Shown in pieces: positions 1 through 9,314 of a stretch of DNA of 26,204 nucleotides (position 1 is its first letter; the number at the start of each line of letters is the position of its first letter). The notes under the pieces were generated by a model, which ran no database searches, had not been told where the DNA came from, and worked only from the letters and a program-made list of their open reading frames with translations. Source of the stretch: an uncultured Candidatus Saccharibacteria bacterium (GTDB taxonomy: Bacteria > Patescibacteriota > Minisyncoccia > Minisyncoccales > Staskawiczbacteraceae); NCBI GenBank assembly GCA_964373565.1, contig CAYJVF010000002.1:1-26204 (forward strand). The letters run 5' to 3'. The translations under genes were made by a program, and so were the position numbers.

Positions 1-95
1 TCAAACCAAATACCAAGACACTCGGAGCAGTAGTCAACTTCCACGTCATGGAACATCATTTTTTCTAAATTTTTATGGTTGTTAGGGCAATCCAT
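1..95 (-). CDS. zf-TFIIB-like zinc-ribbon protein, N-terminus only (runs off the window start)
   Basis: Not in the ORF track. Manual translation from ATG at 95 gives MDCPNNHKNLEKMMFHDVEVDYCSECLGIWF(D/E), matching the CP..(V)EVDxCxxCxGxWFD pattern of the zf-TFIIB family. Confidence 0.7.
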   Translation of the reverse strand, partial: MDCPNNHKNLEKMMFHDVEVDYCSECLGIWF

Positions 96-133
96 GTTTT
101 AATCTTTTATAAACTCTTTTAATAATAATGTGC

Positions 134-838
134 TCAAGGTATTGTTTTTGAATTTTTTAATCTTTTTATTTCCATTTCAATTTCCTTCAAAACTTTTTTG
201 TTGCCAATTTCTCCATCTAAACTAAAAATAATAAATACCTTTCCTTTATATTTTTTCTCAAAATCCATAAAATTTTGCTTCATTCTTTCTGATATAGAAT
301 AGTTGCCAAAATTTGCTTTTGCCGTAATTGGTTTAATCTGTATTCCGAAAGCGTTTTTATCAACAAATCCTAAATAATCTATATCGCCAGTATGATCTAA
401 GTCAGTTTCACTTTCAACAAACTTTACTTCTGGAAAATACTTTTCTAAACCATCATTTACTACGGATTTCTCACGAATAAAACCATCGTAAGTACGATTT
501 ATTGTTAAATTGTAAATATACTCCCTACAATCTTGTAAAGATAAATCTTCAAATGCCGCTTTCCATTCAGGAATTACAATTACATTAATTTTTTCATATA
601 AACGTTCGCCCAATTCCTTTAAAACTTCCTGTGTTACTTTTACAGGTTCTTTATTTTCAGAATATGCTTTTTCAAAATACCATTTCTCCCATTCATCGAT
701 GGTCTTTGGTTGACATTCTCTAATAAGTTCCATAACTGCCCCGACTTTATTGGGTCGAGATAATTGATAAGTTTGACAAGCATAATTTAAAACTTTTTCT
801 TTTTTACCAAAATCTTTTGATAATTTTTTATTTTTCAT
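134..838 (-). CDS. Type II restriction endonuclease, MjaI-like (PD-(D/E)xK)
   Basis: LSRPNKVGAVMELIRECQPKTIDEWEKWY N-terminus and D..GDIDY..GIQIKP catalytic-type motif. Start moved to MKNKKL (838), which overlaps the MTase stop by 11 nt. Confidence 0.75.
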   Translation of the reverse strand: MKNKKLSKDFGKKEKVLNYACQTYQLSRPNKVGAVMELIRECQPKTIDEWEKWYFEKAYSENKEPVKVTQEVLKELGERLYEKINVIVIPEWKAAFEDLSLQDCREYIYNLTINRTYDGFIREKSVVNDGLEKYFPEVKFVESETDLDHTGDIDYLGFVDKNAFGIQIKPITAKANFGNYSISERMKQNFMDFEKKYKGKVFIIFSLDGEIGNKKVLKEIEMEIKRLKNSKTIP

Positions 839-2117
839 AAATATCTTGAAATAAGTTACTAAATTTAGCCTTATATTTATACTCCATTTCAGTATCGGGG
901 AAAGCGAATCCATCTTTAATTATATGTGCATTAATAAAAGTTTTATTTTGTAAATAGAGATAACATAATAAATTATTATATTTATCATATTTTAAAGAAT
1001 CAAATTTCATAAAAACTTTCTGTCCTTTAGTCTTACTAATTAAGTATTCTATTGCCTTTCCGTTAATTTTGGGGTTCTCTTTTACTCCAAGTAAACGAAT
1101 TATTAAGCCGTTAGTTAGTTTTATTTTTTGTGGGTCTAATATTTCTTGAACAGTATAAAATTCATTTTTTTCTTCGTAACTATTTTTATCTATTTTTGAA
1201 CCAAACTGCAGTTTTTTAATATCTATTTTTTTATCTAATTTATGAGGGTCTTTAAATATATATGATAACCGACTTATATCTTCATCAAAATTAATATCTT
1301 TTTGGCTATCAATAAATTCAAAATCATTATTTAAAGAATCTCCAGCTCCAATTTTAGCTTTAATAATCGGTAAAAATTCAGCATTAATCTCATAACCAAT
1401 CGAATTTCTATCAAGATTTTTTGCGACTAAAGAAGTTGTCCCGCTTCCTAAAAATGGATCTAATATCGTATCTCCCACAAACGAAAACATTTTTATTAAC
1501 CTTTTTGGTAGTTCTTCGGGGAACATTGCTATATGTCCATCTTGCCTTGCCCCGCCAAAATTCCAATGACCTTGAAAATATTGATTCCACTCTTCTTTAC
1601 TCATTTTAGATTTTTCTTTTAAATCCCTATCAACTTTTGGCGCAATCCCTTGTTTCTTAAATATTAAAATGAATTCATAATCTAACTTTATAATTCCGTT
1701 TCTTGGATAGGGAAAACTTCCCATTATTGTAGCCCCTCCGGTAGTGTTCATGGTGGTAGCTTTTTGCCAAATGATTGAACCCATATAATCAAAACCTATT
1801 GTTTCGCAGAATTTTATTATTTCCGTTCTGATTGGAATAACTTTATAACGCCCGTAATAAACAGCGCGAGCAAATTGATCACCGATATTAACACAGAGAC
1901 GACAACCATTTTCTAAAACTCTATAACATTCGTTCCAAACTAAATTTAAGTGGTTAATATATTTTTCATAACTATCGTTAAAACCAATCTGATTATCAGA
2001 ACCATAATCCTTTAATTGCCAATATGGAGGTGATGTAATAATTAAGTGAACACTTTTATCTGACAACCCTTTCATTATCCGAGAATCACCATTGATAATT
2101 TTATGTTTTGTTTGCAT
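828..2117 (-). CDS. Beta-class N4-C/N6-A DNA methyltransferase with C-terminal SNase-like (thermonuclease) domain
   Basis: Motif IV TSPPY comes before motif I DPFLGSGTT, with H..MFPEELPKRLIKMFS between them. The last ~110 aa carry IRLLGV / DKYNNLLCYLY / FINAHIIKDGFA, an SNase-like pattern. Confidence 0.9.
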   Translation of the reverse strand: MQTKHKIINGDSRIMKGLSDKSVHLIITSPPYWQLKDYGSDNQIGFNDSYEKYINHLNLVWNECYRVLENGCRLCVNIGDQFARAVYYGRYKVIPIRTEIIKFCETIGFDYMGSIIWQKATTMNTTGGATIMGSFPYPRNGIIKLDYEFILIFKKQGIAPKVDRDLKEKSKMSKEEWNQYFQGHWNFGGARQDGHIAMFPEELPKRLIKMFSFVGDTILDPFLGSGTTSLVAKNLDRNSIGYEINAEFLPIIKAKIGAGDSLNNDFEFIDSQKDINFDEDISRLSYIFKDPHKLDKKIDIKKLQFGSKIDKNSYEEKNEFYTVQEILDPQKIKLTNGLIIRLLGVKENPKINGKAIEYLISKTKGQKVFMKFDSLKYDKYNNLLCYLYLQNKTFINAHIIKDGFAFPDTEMEYKYKAKFSNLFQDIYEK

Positions 2118-2126
2118 TTCAATTTA

Positions 2127-2155
2127 ATTATAACAAAAAATCCCCAATAAAACAA
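2127..2155 (-). promoter_or_regulatory. sigma70-type promoter of the R-M operon
   Basis: TTGTTT-N17-TATAAT with a TGn extension. The -10 box ends 9 nt before the ATG. Confidence 0.5.
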
Positions 2156-2174
2156 TGATAAATTTTAGGACAAG

Positions 2175-2207
2175 AAAAAAGCCCTCGACGAAGACGCCGA
2201 GAGCTTT
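2175..2207 (-). terminator. Intrinsic terminator of the alpha-CTD gene
   Basis: The minus-strand hairpin is fully paired once G-U pairs are allowed (loop UCUU) and is followed by a U tract. Confidence 0.7.
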
Positions 2208-2223
2208 GGGATTAAGGACGAAA

Positions 2224-2589
2224 TTAGTCACTCCTCAGTTTCAAACCAAGTTCGGCTAGTTTTTCCTTGATTTTACGCACAGAACACTCACCAATACCAT
2301 TTATTCGGAAAAGATCACCTTCTGATCTTTTAACCAAATCCCCGACCGTATTGATTCCACACGGTTTCAAATACGTTCTTGTGTTGGGTGGCCATAAATT
2401 CAAGGCCTTAATGGTTTTAGAAAGGATATGTTCTCCTGTTGTTTGAACTACTACTGGCACATTTCTAATCATTAAGGAAAACTGAATCCATTCACCGGGC
2501 TCTAGAATATTATTCTGACGAGCCCAGCCTTCAAGTTGCTGACGAATTTCATCAGCCTTCTTTTGAATGACGATATCTCGATTTTCCAT
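2224..2589 (-). CDS. Stand-alone RNA polymerase alpha-CTD-like protein with an unknown N-terminal domain
   Basis: C-terminal I..LNL....YLK..GINTVGDLVKRSEGDLFRINGIGECSVRKIKEKL..LGLKL fits the RNA_pol_A_CTD pattern. AGGAG SD upstream. Confidence 0.75.
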   Translation of the reverse strand: MENRDIVIQKKADEIRQQLEGWARQNNILEPGEWIQFSLMIRNVPVVVQTTGEHILSKTIKALNLWPPNTRTYLKPCGINTVGDLVKRSEGDLFRINGIGECSVRKIKEKLAELGLKLRSD

Positions 2590-2639
2590 GTTATTTTCTC
2601 CTACAAAAAACTAAAAGAACAGTAACCAAACGTAATATC

Positions 2640-2668
2640 ATACTATATAACTTTTTAAATTATGTCAA
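2640..2668 (-). promoter_or_regulatory. sigma70-type promoter of the alpha-CTD gene
   Basis: TTGACA-N17-TAGTAT, immediately after the groEL terminator. Confidence 0.55.
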
Positions 2669-2671
2669 CTC

Positions 2672-2696
2672 AAAAGCGGCGCTTCGCGCCGCCTTT
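2672..2696 (-). terminator. groEL intrinsic terminator
   Basis: GCGGCGC-GAA-GCGCCGC stem followed by UUUU. Confidence 0.75.
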
Positions 2697-2728
2697 ATAA
2701 ATTAGGAATTGGAAATTAGAAATTTCGC

Positions 2729-4504
<1,776 letters not shown>

Positions 4505-4511
4505 GATTTAT

Positions 4512-4802
4512 TTACTCAATTATTGCGAGAATATCCTCCTCTTTGGCAATCAAATACTCCTTGCCCTCAACTTTTATTTCGTTTGGCCCGTATTTCGTAA
4601 ATAAAACTTTACTGCCAACTTTAACAGAAACGGGAATGATTTTTCCGTCTTCTGTTTTTTTTCCTTCGCCTACGGCAATCACAACACCCTGTTCTGATTT
4701 GTCTTTTTCAACCGTGTCGGGCAAAAAAATTCCGGACTTAGTTTTTTCCTCTTCCCTTATTGGCTCAATTAAAATGTGATCTGAAAGCGGTTTGATGTTC
4801 AT
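4512..4802 (-). CDS. groS: Co-chaperonin GroES
   Basis: MNIKPLSDHILIEP..KTKSGIFLPDT..G.VIAVGEG..EEDILAII; located upstream of groEL. Confidence 0.98.
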   Translation of the reverse strand: MNIKPLSDHILIEPIREEEKTKSGIFLPDTVEKDKSEQGVVIAVGEGKKTEDGKIIPVSVKVGSKVLFTKYGPNEIKVEGKEYLIAKEEDILAIIE

Positions 4803-4826
4803 ATTTTTATAAATTAATTTTATAAG

Positions 4827-4853
4827 TTGGCAGTATAATTATTCCACTGCCAA
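4827..4853. promoter_or_regulatory. Divergent CIRCE-like operator (HrcA site)
   Basis: TTGGCAGTA-N9-CACTGCCAA has the 9-9-9 geometry of CIRCE (TTAGCACTC-N9-GAGTGCTAA), 6/9 identity per arm, and lies between the groES promoter and start codon. Confidence 0.7.
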
Positions 4854-4869
4854 TCAATCTTGATAATAC

Positions 4870-4898
4870 AATTTAATGCATTTTTAATTTCTTGTCAA
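4870..4898 (-). promoter_or_regulatory. groESL promoter
   Basis: TTGACA-N17-TAAATT. Confidence 0.65.
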
Positions 4899-4914
4899 CA
4901 TTTCAAAAAATATT

Positions 4915-4943
4915 TTGACAGTAGAGTTAATTTGATGTACCCT
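4915..4943 (+). promoter_or_regulatory. Divergent promoter for the small Cys-rich ORF
   Basis: TTGACA-N17-TACCCT. Confidence 0.45.
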
Positions 4944-5051
4944 AAATTACAAAATGGTTTCTAAAAAATCTTTTACTATGGCCATTGCGTAATTCAAGGG
5001 ATGTAAATTAATTGCCATACCATCTTGCGCTCATTAAAAAAGGAAACCACT

Positions 5052-5243
5052 ATGTCAACTTTTCAGTGCCAAGCTTGCCGACGCTTGTACACTAGCAACG
5101 AAAAAGATGCCCTTTGTCCATTCTGTGGCAAGACGGGAGATTTGAAATCCAATTGCACTTGCCCCAAAGGGCCAAAGAAATTTGTGGGACTCAATAGGCG
5201 GATTGGCACCGATCCAAAATGCCCATATCATGGAATAAAATAA
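5052..5243 (+). CDS. Small Cys/His-rich putative zinc-binding protein (63 aa)
   Basis: AAGGAAA SD before MSTFQCQAC. Contains CxxC, CxxC, CxC and CxxH motifs and has its own terminator. Confidence 0.6.
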   Translation: MSTFQCQACRRLYTSNEKDALCPFCGKTGDLKSNCTCPKGPKKFVGLNRRIGTDPKCPYHGIK

Positions 5244-5244
5244 T

Positions 5245-5271
5245 AGGAGCACAGACCGCTCCTCTTTTTTT
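5245..5271 (+). terminator. Intrinsic terminator (+)
   Basis: AGGAGC-N7-GCTCCT followed by a T7 tract. Confidence 0.65.
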
Positions 5272-5280
5272 ACAGAAAAT

Positions 5281-5306
5281 AAAAAGTCCGTTGCGCTCAC
5301 GGACTT
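5281..5306 (-). terminator. Intrinsic terminator (-)
   Basis: AAGTCCGT-N7-ACGGACTT with an A5 tract on the plus strand (U tract on minus). Confidence 0.65.
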
Positions 5307-5313
5307 ATTCGCA

Positions 5314-5664
5314 TTATATGCCATACAATTTAACCTGTTTTGGAAAATTCGCCTCCAACAAATAGTACAGCTTTGAAAAGCTTCGGCTTGTTGACTGGCT
5401 GTGAAATTTCAGACAAGCGTCTTGGATGTAGCGAAAATTTCCCCCCTTGATTTGAATTGAATCCAACTTACAATCTTCGCGCGTGTTCATTGCTTCACAA
5501 AATCTCATAAATCTTTCTACGTAATCATCTCCAAGGCAAATATCTACTCTATTGCCCCGGTTGCGATGATTCGTAAATACAATTGCAAAATCTCCGAAGT
5601 CAAAGGTAAGAAATCTCTTTGGCTTGCAAAGAGTCTCCACAAAACATTTCGTAGTTATGGCCAT
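5314..5664 (-). CDS. Hypothetical protein (116 aa)
   Basis: AAAGGAG SD and a dedicated terminator; no recognisable family. Confidence 0.65.
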   Translation of the reverse strand: MAITTKCFVETLCKPKRFLTFDFGDFAIVFTNHRNRGNRVDICLGDDYVERFMRFCEAMNTREDCKLDSIQIKGGNFRYIQDACLKFHSQSTSRSFSKLYYLLEANFPKQVKLYGI

Positions 5665-5694
5665 GGTATTCTCCTTTCAAGGAACTATTAGCGC

Positions 5695-6540
5695 CTAAAT
5701 TCCAAATAAACTTTTTGCGTTTTCGGTGGTTTTTTGGGAAACTTCTTCAAAACTAATTCCTTTTAATTCTGCGATTTTTTGAATTGTGTGTTTTATAAAT
5801 ATCGGTTCATTTCTTTTATTTCCTTCTGGCAGGGGTGTAAGGTATGGGCAGTCCGTTTCAACCACCATATTTTCTAGTGGGCAATTTTTAACAACTTCAT
5901 TTAAGTTAAGCTTAAAAATAATGCCATTCATTCCAATGAAGAAGCCTAAAGCAATATATGCTTTCATATCTTCTATCGTCCCAGTAAAGCAATGAGTGAC
6001 GCCAGTGAGTTTGTAGTTTGTAGTTGGTAGTGAGTAGTTTTTGAGAATTTCTAAAACATCTTCATGGGCAACTCTGCAATGAAGGATTACTGGCAAGTTT
6101 AACTCTTTTGCCAAATCTAATTGTTGTAAAAAAACTTGCTTTTGTTTTTCTTTAAACTGATTTAGTTTTGCCGCAGTTTTGGGTTTGTAGTAATAATCTA
6201 AGCCAATTTCGCCGATTGCCACCACCCTTCGACTATCGCTCAGGGCAAGCCTTTTATACGCCTCTTTATCAAAACTTTGCTCGTTAATTAAAAACTCCCC
6301 TTCGTCGGGGTCGGTTTTTGTTTTCATAAATTCAGCCGCTGCATAAATAGGATGCAAACCCACTGCCGCATAAACGCCTTCCGGATATTTTTCTGCCAAT
6401 TTAACCGCGCTGAGACTGGTTTCATATTTGGTACCCACATTTACCGTCCAAATGTTCTGGCTTAAAGTCCTCTTTATCACTTCATCTCGGTCATCTTTAA
6501 ACGCATTGAATTGCAAATGGCTGTGAGTGTCTATAATCAT
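5695..6540 (-). CDS. tatD: TatD-family deoxyribonuclease
   Basis: IDTHSH, GLHP, AIGEIGLDYY, LPVILHCR, HCFTG and ETDCPYLTP motifs. Confidence 0.97.
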   Translation of the reverse strand: MIIDTHSHLQFNAFKDDRDEVIKRTLSQNIWTVNVGTKYETSLSAVKLAEKYPEGVYAAVGLHPIYAAAEFMKTKTDPDEGEFLINEQSFDKEAYKRLALSDSRRVVAIGEIGLDYYYKPKTAAKLNQFKEKQKQVFLQQLDLAKELNLPVILHCRVAHEDVLEILKNYSLPTTNYKLTGVTHCFTGTIEDMKAYIALGFFIGMNGIIFKLNLNEVVKNCPLENMVVETDCPYLTPLPEGNKRNEPIFIKHTIQKIAELKGISFEEVSQKTTENAKSLFGI

Positions 6541-6570
6541 GTGTCCATTTTAACTTATTTTTTTGAATTG

Positions 6571-6603
6571 AAAAAGCGCGAGAACAGATGGTCTTCGCGC
6601 TTT
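6571..6603 (-). terminator. csrA intrinsic terminator
   Basis: AAAGCGCGA-N13-TCGCGCTTT with a U tract on the minus strand. Confidence 0.65.
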
Positions 6604-6628
6604 AGTTTTTCGGAGATGCCTTTAAGCA

Positions 6629-6844
6629 TCATTCAGCCGGTTTCGCGGCAACTATTTTCTCTAGCTCATCGCCTCCGGGCTGTTTGCCATGGATAGCCTC
6701 AAAGACTTCATGGCGATGCACCGGCACCTCTTTGGGGGCAACGATGCCGAGGCGGACTTTGTCCCCCCGGATTTCCACCACCGTTATGGTGATGTCGTTG
6801 TTGATGACGATGCTCTCATTCTTCTTGCGTGACAGGACTAGCAT
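6629..6844 (-). CDS. csrA: Carbon storage regulator CsrA/RsmA
   Basis: MLVLSRKKNESIVI..DITITVVEIRGDKVRLGIVAPKEVPVHRHEV is a canonical CsrA sequence. AAGGAGG SD. Confidence 0.95.
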   Translation of the reverse strand: MLVLSRKKNESIVINNDITITVVEIRGDKVRLGIVAPKEVPVHRHEVFEAIHGKQPGGDELEKIVAAKPAE

Positions 6845-6852
6845 AGCTAGAC

Positions 6853-6885
6853 CCTCCTTAAAAGTGTGGATAGGCCCTCCAGACC
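6853..6885 (-). promoter_or_regulatory. Putative CsrA autoregulatory GGA sites in the csrA leader
   Basis: GGUC-UGGAG-GGCC mini-hairpin with GGA in the loop, plus a second GGA inside the SD. Confidence 0.4.
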
Positions 6886-6931
6886 CATGTGGAGCGTGCT
6901 AATTATTCTATAGCAAAATATGTCAGCTATG

Positions 6932-8371
6932 TCAATGCTTTTTTAGTCTGGGAAACAGAATTTCTGATTTTTTACTCTTAATCACTTTTTTCATTTTTTC
7001 TGAAGTTTCTGGTAAAAATGGCGCAAGCAATTCTGAAATTTCATTTAACGTAAAAAGGACATCGGAAATAACTTGCGACGCATTCTTTTTACCCTCCCAC
7101 GGTTTTTCCTGATTGATATACTTGTCGCAAAAAGAAATCAGCTCCCAAATTGATTTTAATGATTCATTGAATTTAAATTCTTCTAACGCAACATTGCACG
7201 CTTTTTCCGTTTTTTTAATTTGCAATTTTAAATTTTGATCTGTCACTTTGATTTTTGATTTTTGCATTTTGAATTTTTCTGCCAGGGTTACCGTCCTTGC
7301 CAGCAAATTCCCTATTCCTCCAGCCAAATCAGAATTGTATCGCTGTTCAAATTTTTCAATCGTAAAATCACCGTCTTCTGTTGGCGTTATTTCACGTAGC
7401 AGGTAATATCTAACAGCATCAACTCCGTATTTTTTTACCAATTCAAAAGGGTCTACTATATTACCCAAAGACTTAGACATTTTTTGGCCACCAACAGTTA
7501 TAAAACCATGGGTAAAAATTATCTTGGGCAATGCCAACCCCAATGACAAAAGCATGGCGGGCCAATATAAAGCATGAAATTTTACAATATCTTTTCCAAT
7601 ATAATGGACATCGGCCGGCCAGTATTTTTTAAAATTTTTAGGATTATTCGCATAGCCAATCGCTGAAATATAGTTTGGCAAAGCGTCCGCCCAGACATAA
7701 ATGATTTGTGACGGATCGCCAGGCACTTGGAACCCCCAGTATTTATCTTTTGAACGGGAAAAACTGATATCCTCCAATCCGCTTTTTATCATGCCAATGA
7801 CTTCCTCTTTTCTTCGCGCAGGAATAATTTTAAGGATATCTTTTTCTATTAGTGTCTTAATTTCTGGCAAATATTTTGAAAGTTTAAAGAAATAATTTTC
7901 TTCTTCAGTCTCTTCAACCGGCTTTTGATGAATAGAACATCGGCCTTCGGTCAACTCTTTTTGAGTTTTAAATGACTCGCACCCCACACAATAAAAACCT
8001 TTATATTTTTTCCTATAGAGGTCTCCGCTTTTTTCTAAGGCCTTCCAAAGCTTTTCAACGGCTGGCCAGTGACGATTCTCATCGGTTGTCCTAATAAAAT
8101 CATCATTCGATAAATTTAGCAGTTGTTTTAGATCTTTAAACTTTTGAGAGATTTCTCCAACAAATTGTTCCGGGCTTTTGTCTGCCGCCTCCGCTGCCCG
8201 CATGGTTTTTAAACCATGCTCATCTGTTCCGGTCAAATAAAAAACATCCTCTCCAAGAGAGCGATGGTAACGGGCAATGACGTCAGACCCTATAATTTCT
8301 AAAGCAAAACCAATATGCGGGGAAGAGTTCGTGTAGGGAATAGCGTTGGTAATATAAAATTTCTTTGCCAT
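6932..8371 (-). CDS. metG: Methionine--tRNA ligase (short form)
   Basis: KFYITNAIPYTNSSPHIGF (HIGH), GTDEHG and KMSKSLGN. Start moved to MAKKFY (8371). Confidence 0.97.
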   Translation of the reverse strand: MAKKFYITNAIPYTNSSPHIGFALEIIGSDVIARYHRSLGEDVFYLTGTDEHGLKTMRAAEAADKSPEQFVGEISQKFKDLKQLLNLSNDDFIRTTDENRHWPAVEKLWKALEKSGDLYRKKYKGFYCVGCESFKTQKELTEGRCSIHQKPVEETEEENYFFKLSKYLPEIKTLIEKDILKIIPARRKEEVIGMIKSGLEDISFSRSKDKYWGFQVPGDPSQIIYVWADALPNYISAIGYANNPKNFKKYWPADVHYIGKDIVKFHALYWPAMLLSLGLALPKIIFTHGFITVGGQKMSKSLGNIVDPFELVKKYGVDAVRYYLLREITPTEDGDFTIEKFEQRYNSDLAGGIGNLLARTVTLAEKFKMQKSKIKVTDQNLKLQIKKTEKACNVALEEFKFNESLKSIWELISFCDKYINQEKPWEGKKNASQVISDVLFTLNEISELLAPFLPETSEKMKKVIKSKKSEILFPRLKKH

Positions 8372-8500
8372 TATAGAACTATATAGCATCTTAATAATAT
8401 TTCCAATACCTACAAATACGCATATTTATAGCAGTATTCACACATATTCGCGCATTTACAAACGGTCACAAATACAAAATTAGAACAACCTTAATATTTT

Positions 8501-8548
8501 TAACCCAGTCTTACAAAATAAAAGCTTTTATTTTGTAAGACTGGGTTA
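8501..8548. repeat. Perfect 48-bp palindrome downstream of the PaaX/Cas2-like gene
   Basis: TAACCCAGTCTTACAAAATAAAAG|CTTTTATTTTGTAAGACTGGGTTA. Confidence 0.95.
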
Positions 8549-8561
8549 GTTTTTTTAGTTT

Positions 8562-9101
8562 TTATAGTTTTTCTATTAAAAATACCTTTACATAATTATC
8601 TAAAGAGTACCATTGCAACAACTCTTCTGTTTTTTCAGACACATCATAGGGAGTCACCCATACGCTTTGTTGAAACATTTTATACCCCATATTCTGCAAA
8701 ACGCTTCTCAATAAATTGCGCGCTTTTTGATGTCTTTGAGGAATGTCAAAAATAATCATAATCCATTTGCCGTCCCTTCGTTTTGTTTTTTTTGAATCTT
8801 CAAACTTAAATCTTGCCCGCATTGCCTTATCTGCCCCCTTTTTAGTTAACATAACAGCCTGATTTCCCTGCAAATTTTTGACTCTGATAAAATTATTTCT
8901 TTTCAAATAGTGAATAAGATTGTTAAATGCCCGCTTATTTTTCATTTTTCTATAGCGTTTGAAAATTGGGTTCTCAAATCCAAAAGGCTCGCCATAACTC
9001 CTTTTACGCTGGACAAAGGGACGGACAATATCTCCTGCCTTTTCGAAAAAACTATACAAGTCCCAGAGCAACTGATCTGTAATGTTTGTTTTAATTGCCA
9101 T
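8562..9101 (-). CDS. PaaX-like protein: winged-helix plus Cas2-like/ferredoxin-fold domain
   Basis: LIHYLKRNNFI..VMLTKKG (wHTH wing), then DGKWIMIIFDIP..RNLLRSVL..GY..QQSVWVTPYD. Confidence 0.8.
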   Translation of the reverse strand: MAIKTNITDQLLWDLYSFFEKAGDIVRPFVQRKRSYGEPFGFENPIFKRYRKMKNKRAFNNLIHYLKRNNFIRVKNLQGNQAVMLTKKGADKAMRARFKFEDSKKTKRRDGKWIMIIFDIPQRHQKARNLLRSVLQNMGYKMFQQSVWVTPYDVSEKTEELLQWYSLDNYVKVFLIEKL

Positions 9102-9162
9102 TTTACATTAATTTTTTTAGTTTTTACTTTGCAGAATGTAAAATCCCACATACTTTCATTTT

Positions 9163-9212
9163 AATCCATAGTCTTAGAAATTAAAAGCTTTTACTTTCTA
9201 AGACTATGGATT
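9163..9212. repeat. 50-bp palindrome (one mismatched pair) upstream of the PaaX/Cas2-like gene
   Basis: AATCCATAGTCTTAGAAATTAAAAG|CTTTTACTTTCTAAGACTATGGATT. Its 36-bp core is 32/36 identical to 8507-8542. Confidence 0.95.
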
Positions 9213-9314
9213 TAATTACTTTTTTTGTTTTGTTTTATTGTATTTTGTTTTTTATTTTATTTTTTGCAAGAAAAAAGCCGTTGAAGTTATCTTTGGTTTT
9301 ACGGCAGCCGATCT

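Noticed and set aside
5055-5324. 89-aa minus-strand ORF
   Set aside because: It crosses two terminators and overlaps the SD-supported Cys-rich gene on the opposite strand.
9216-9265. T-rich tract as a separate repeat or RNA element
   Set aside because: Low complexity without structure; recorded only as the tail of the 9163-9212 palindrome.
8501-9300. CRISPR array or cas operon suggested by the Cas2-like domain and palindromes
   Set aside because: There are only two palindromes, separated by a gene, with no repeat-spacer periodicity and no cas1 or other cas genes in the window.
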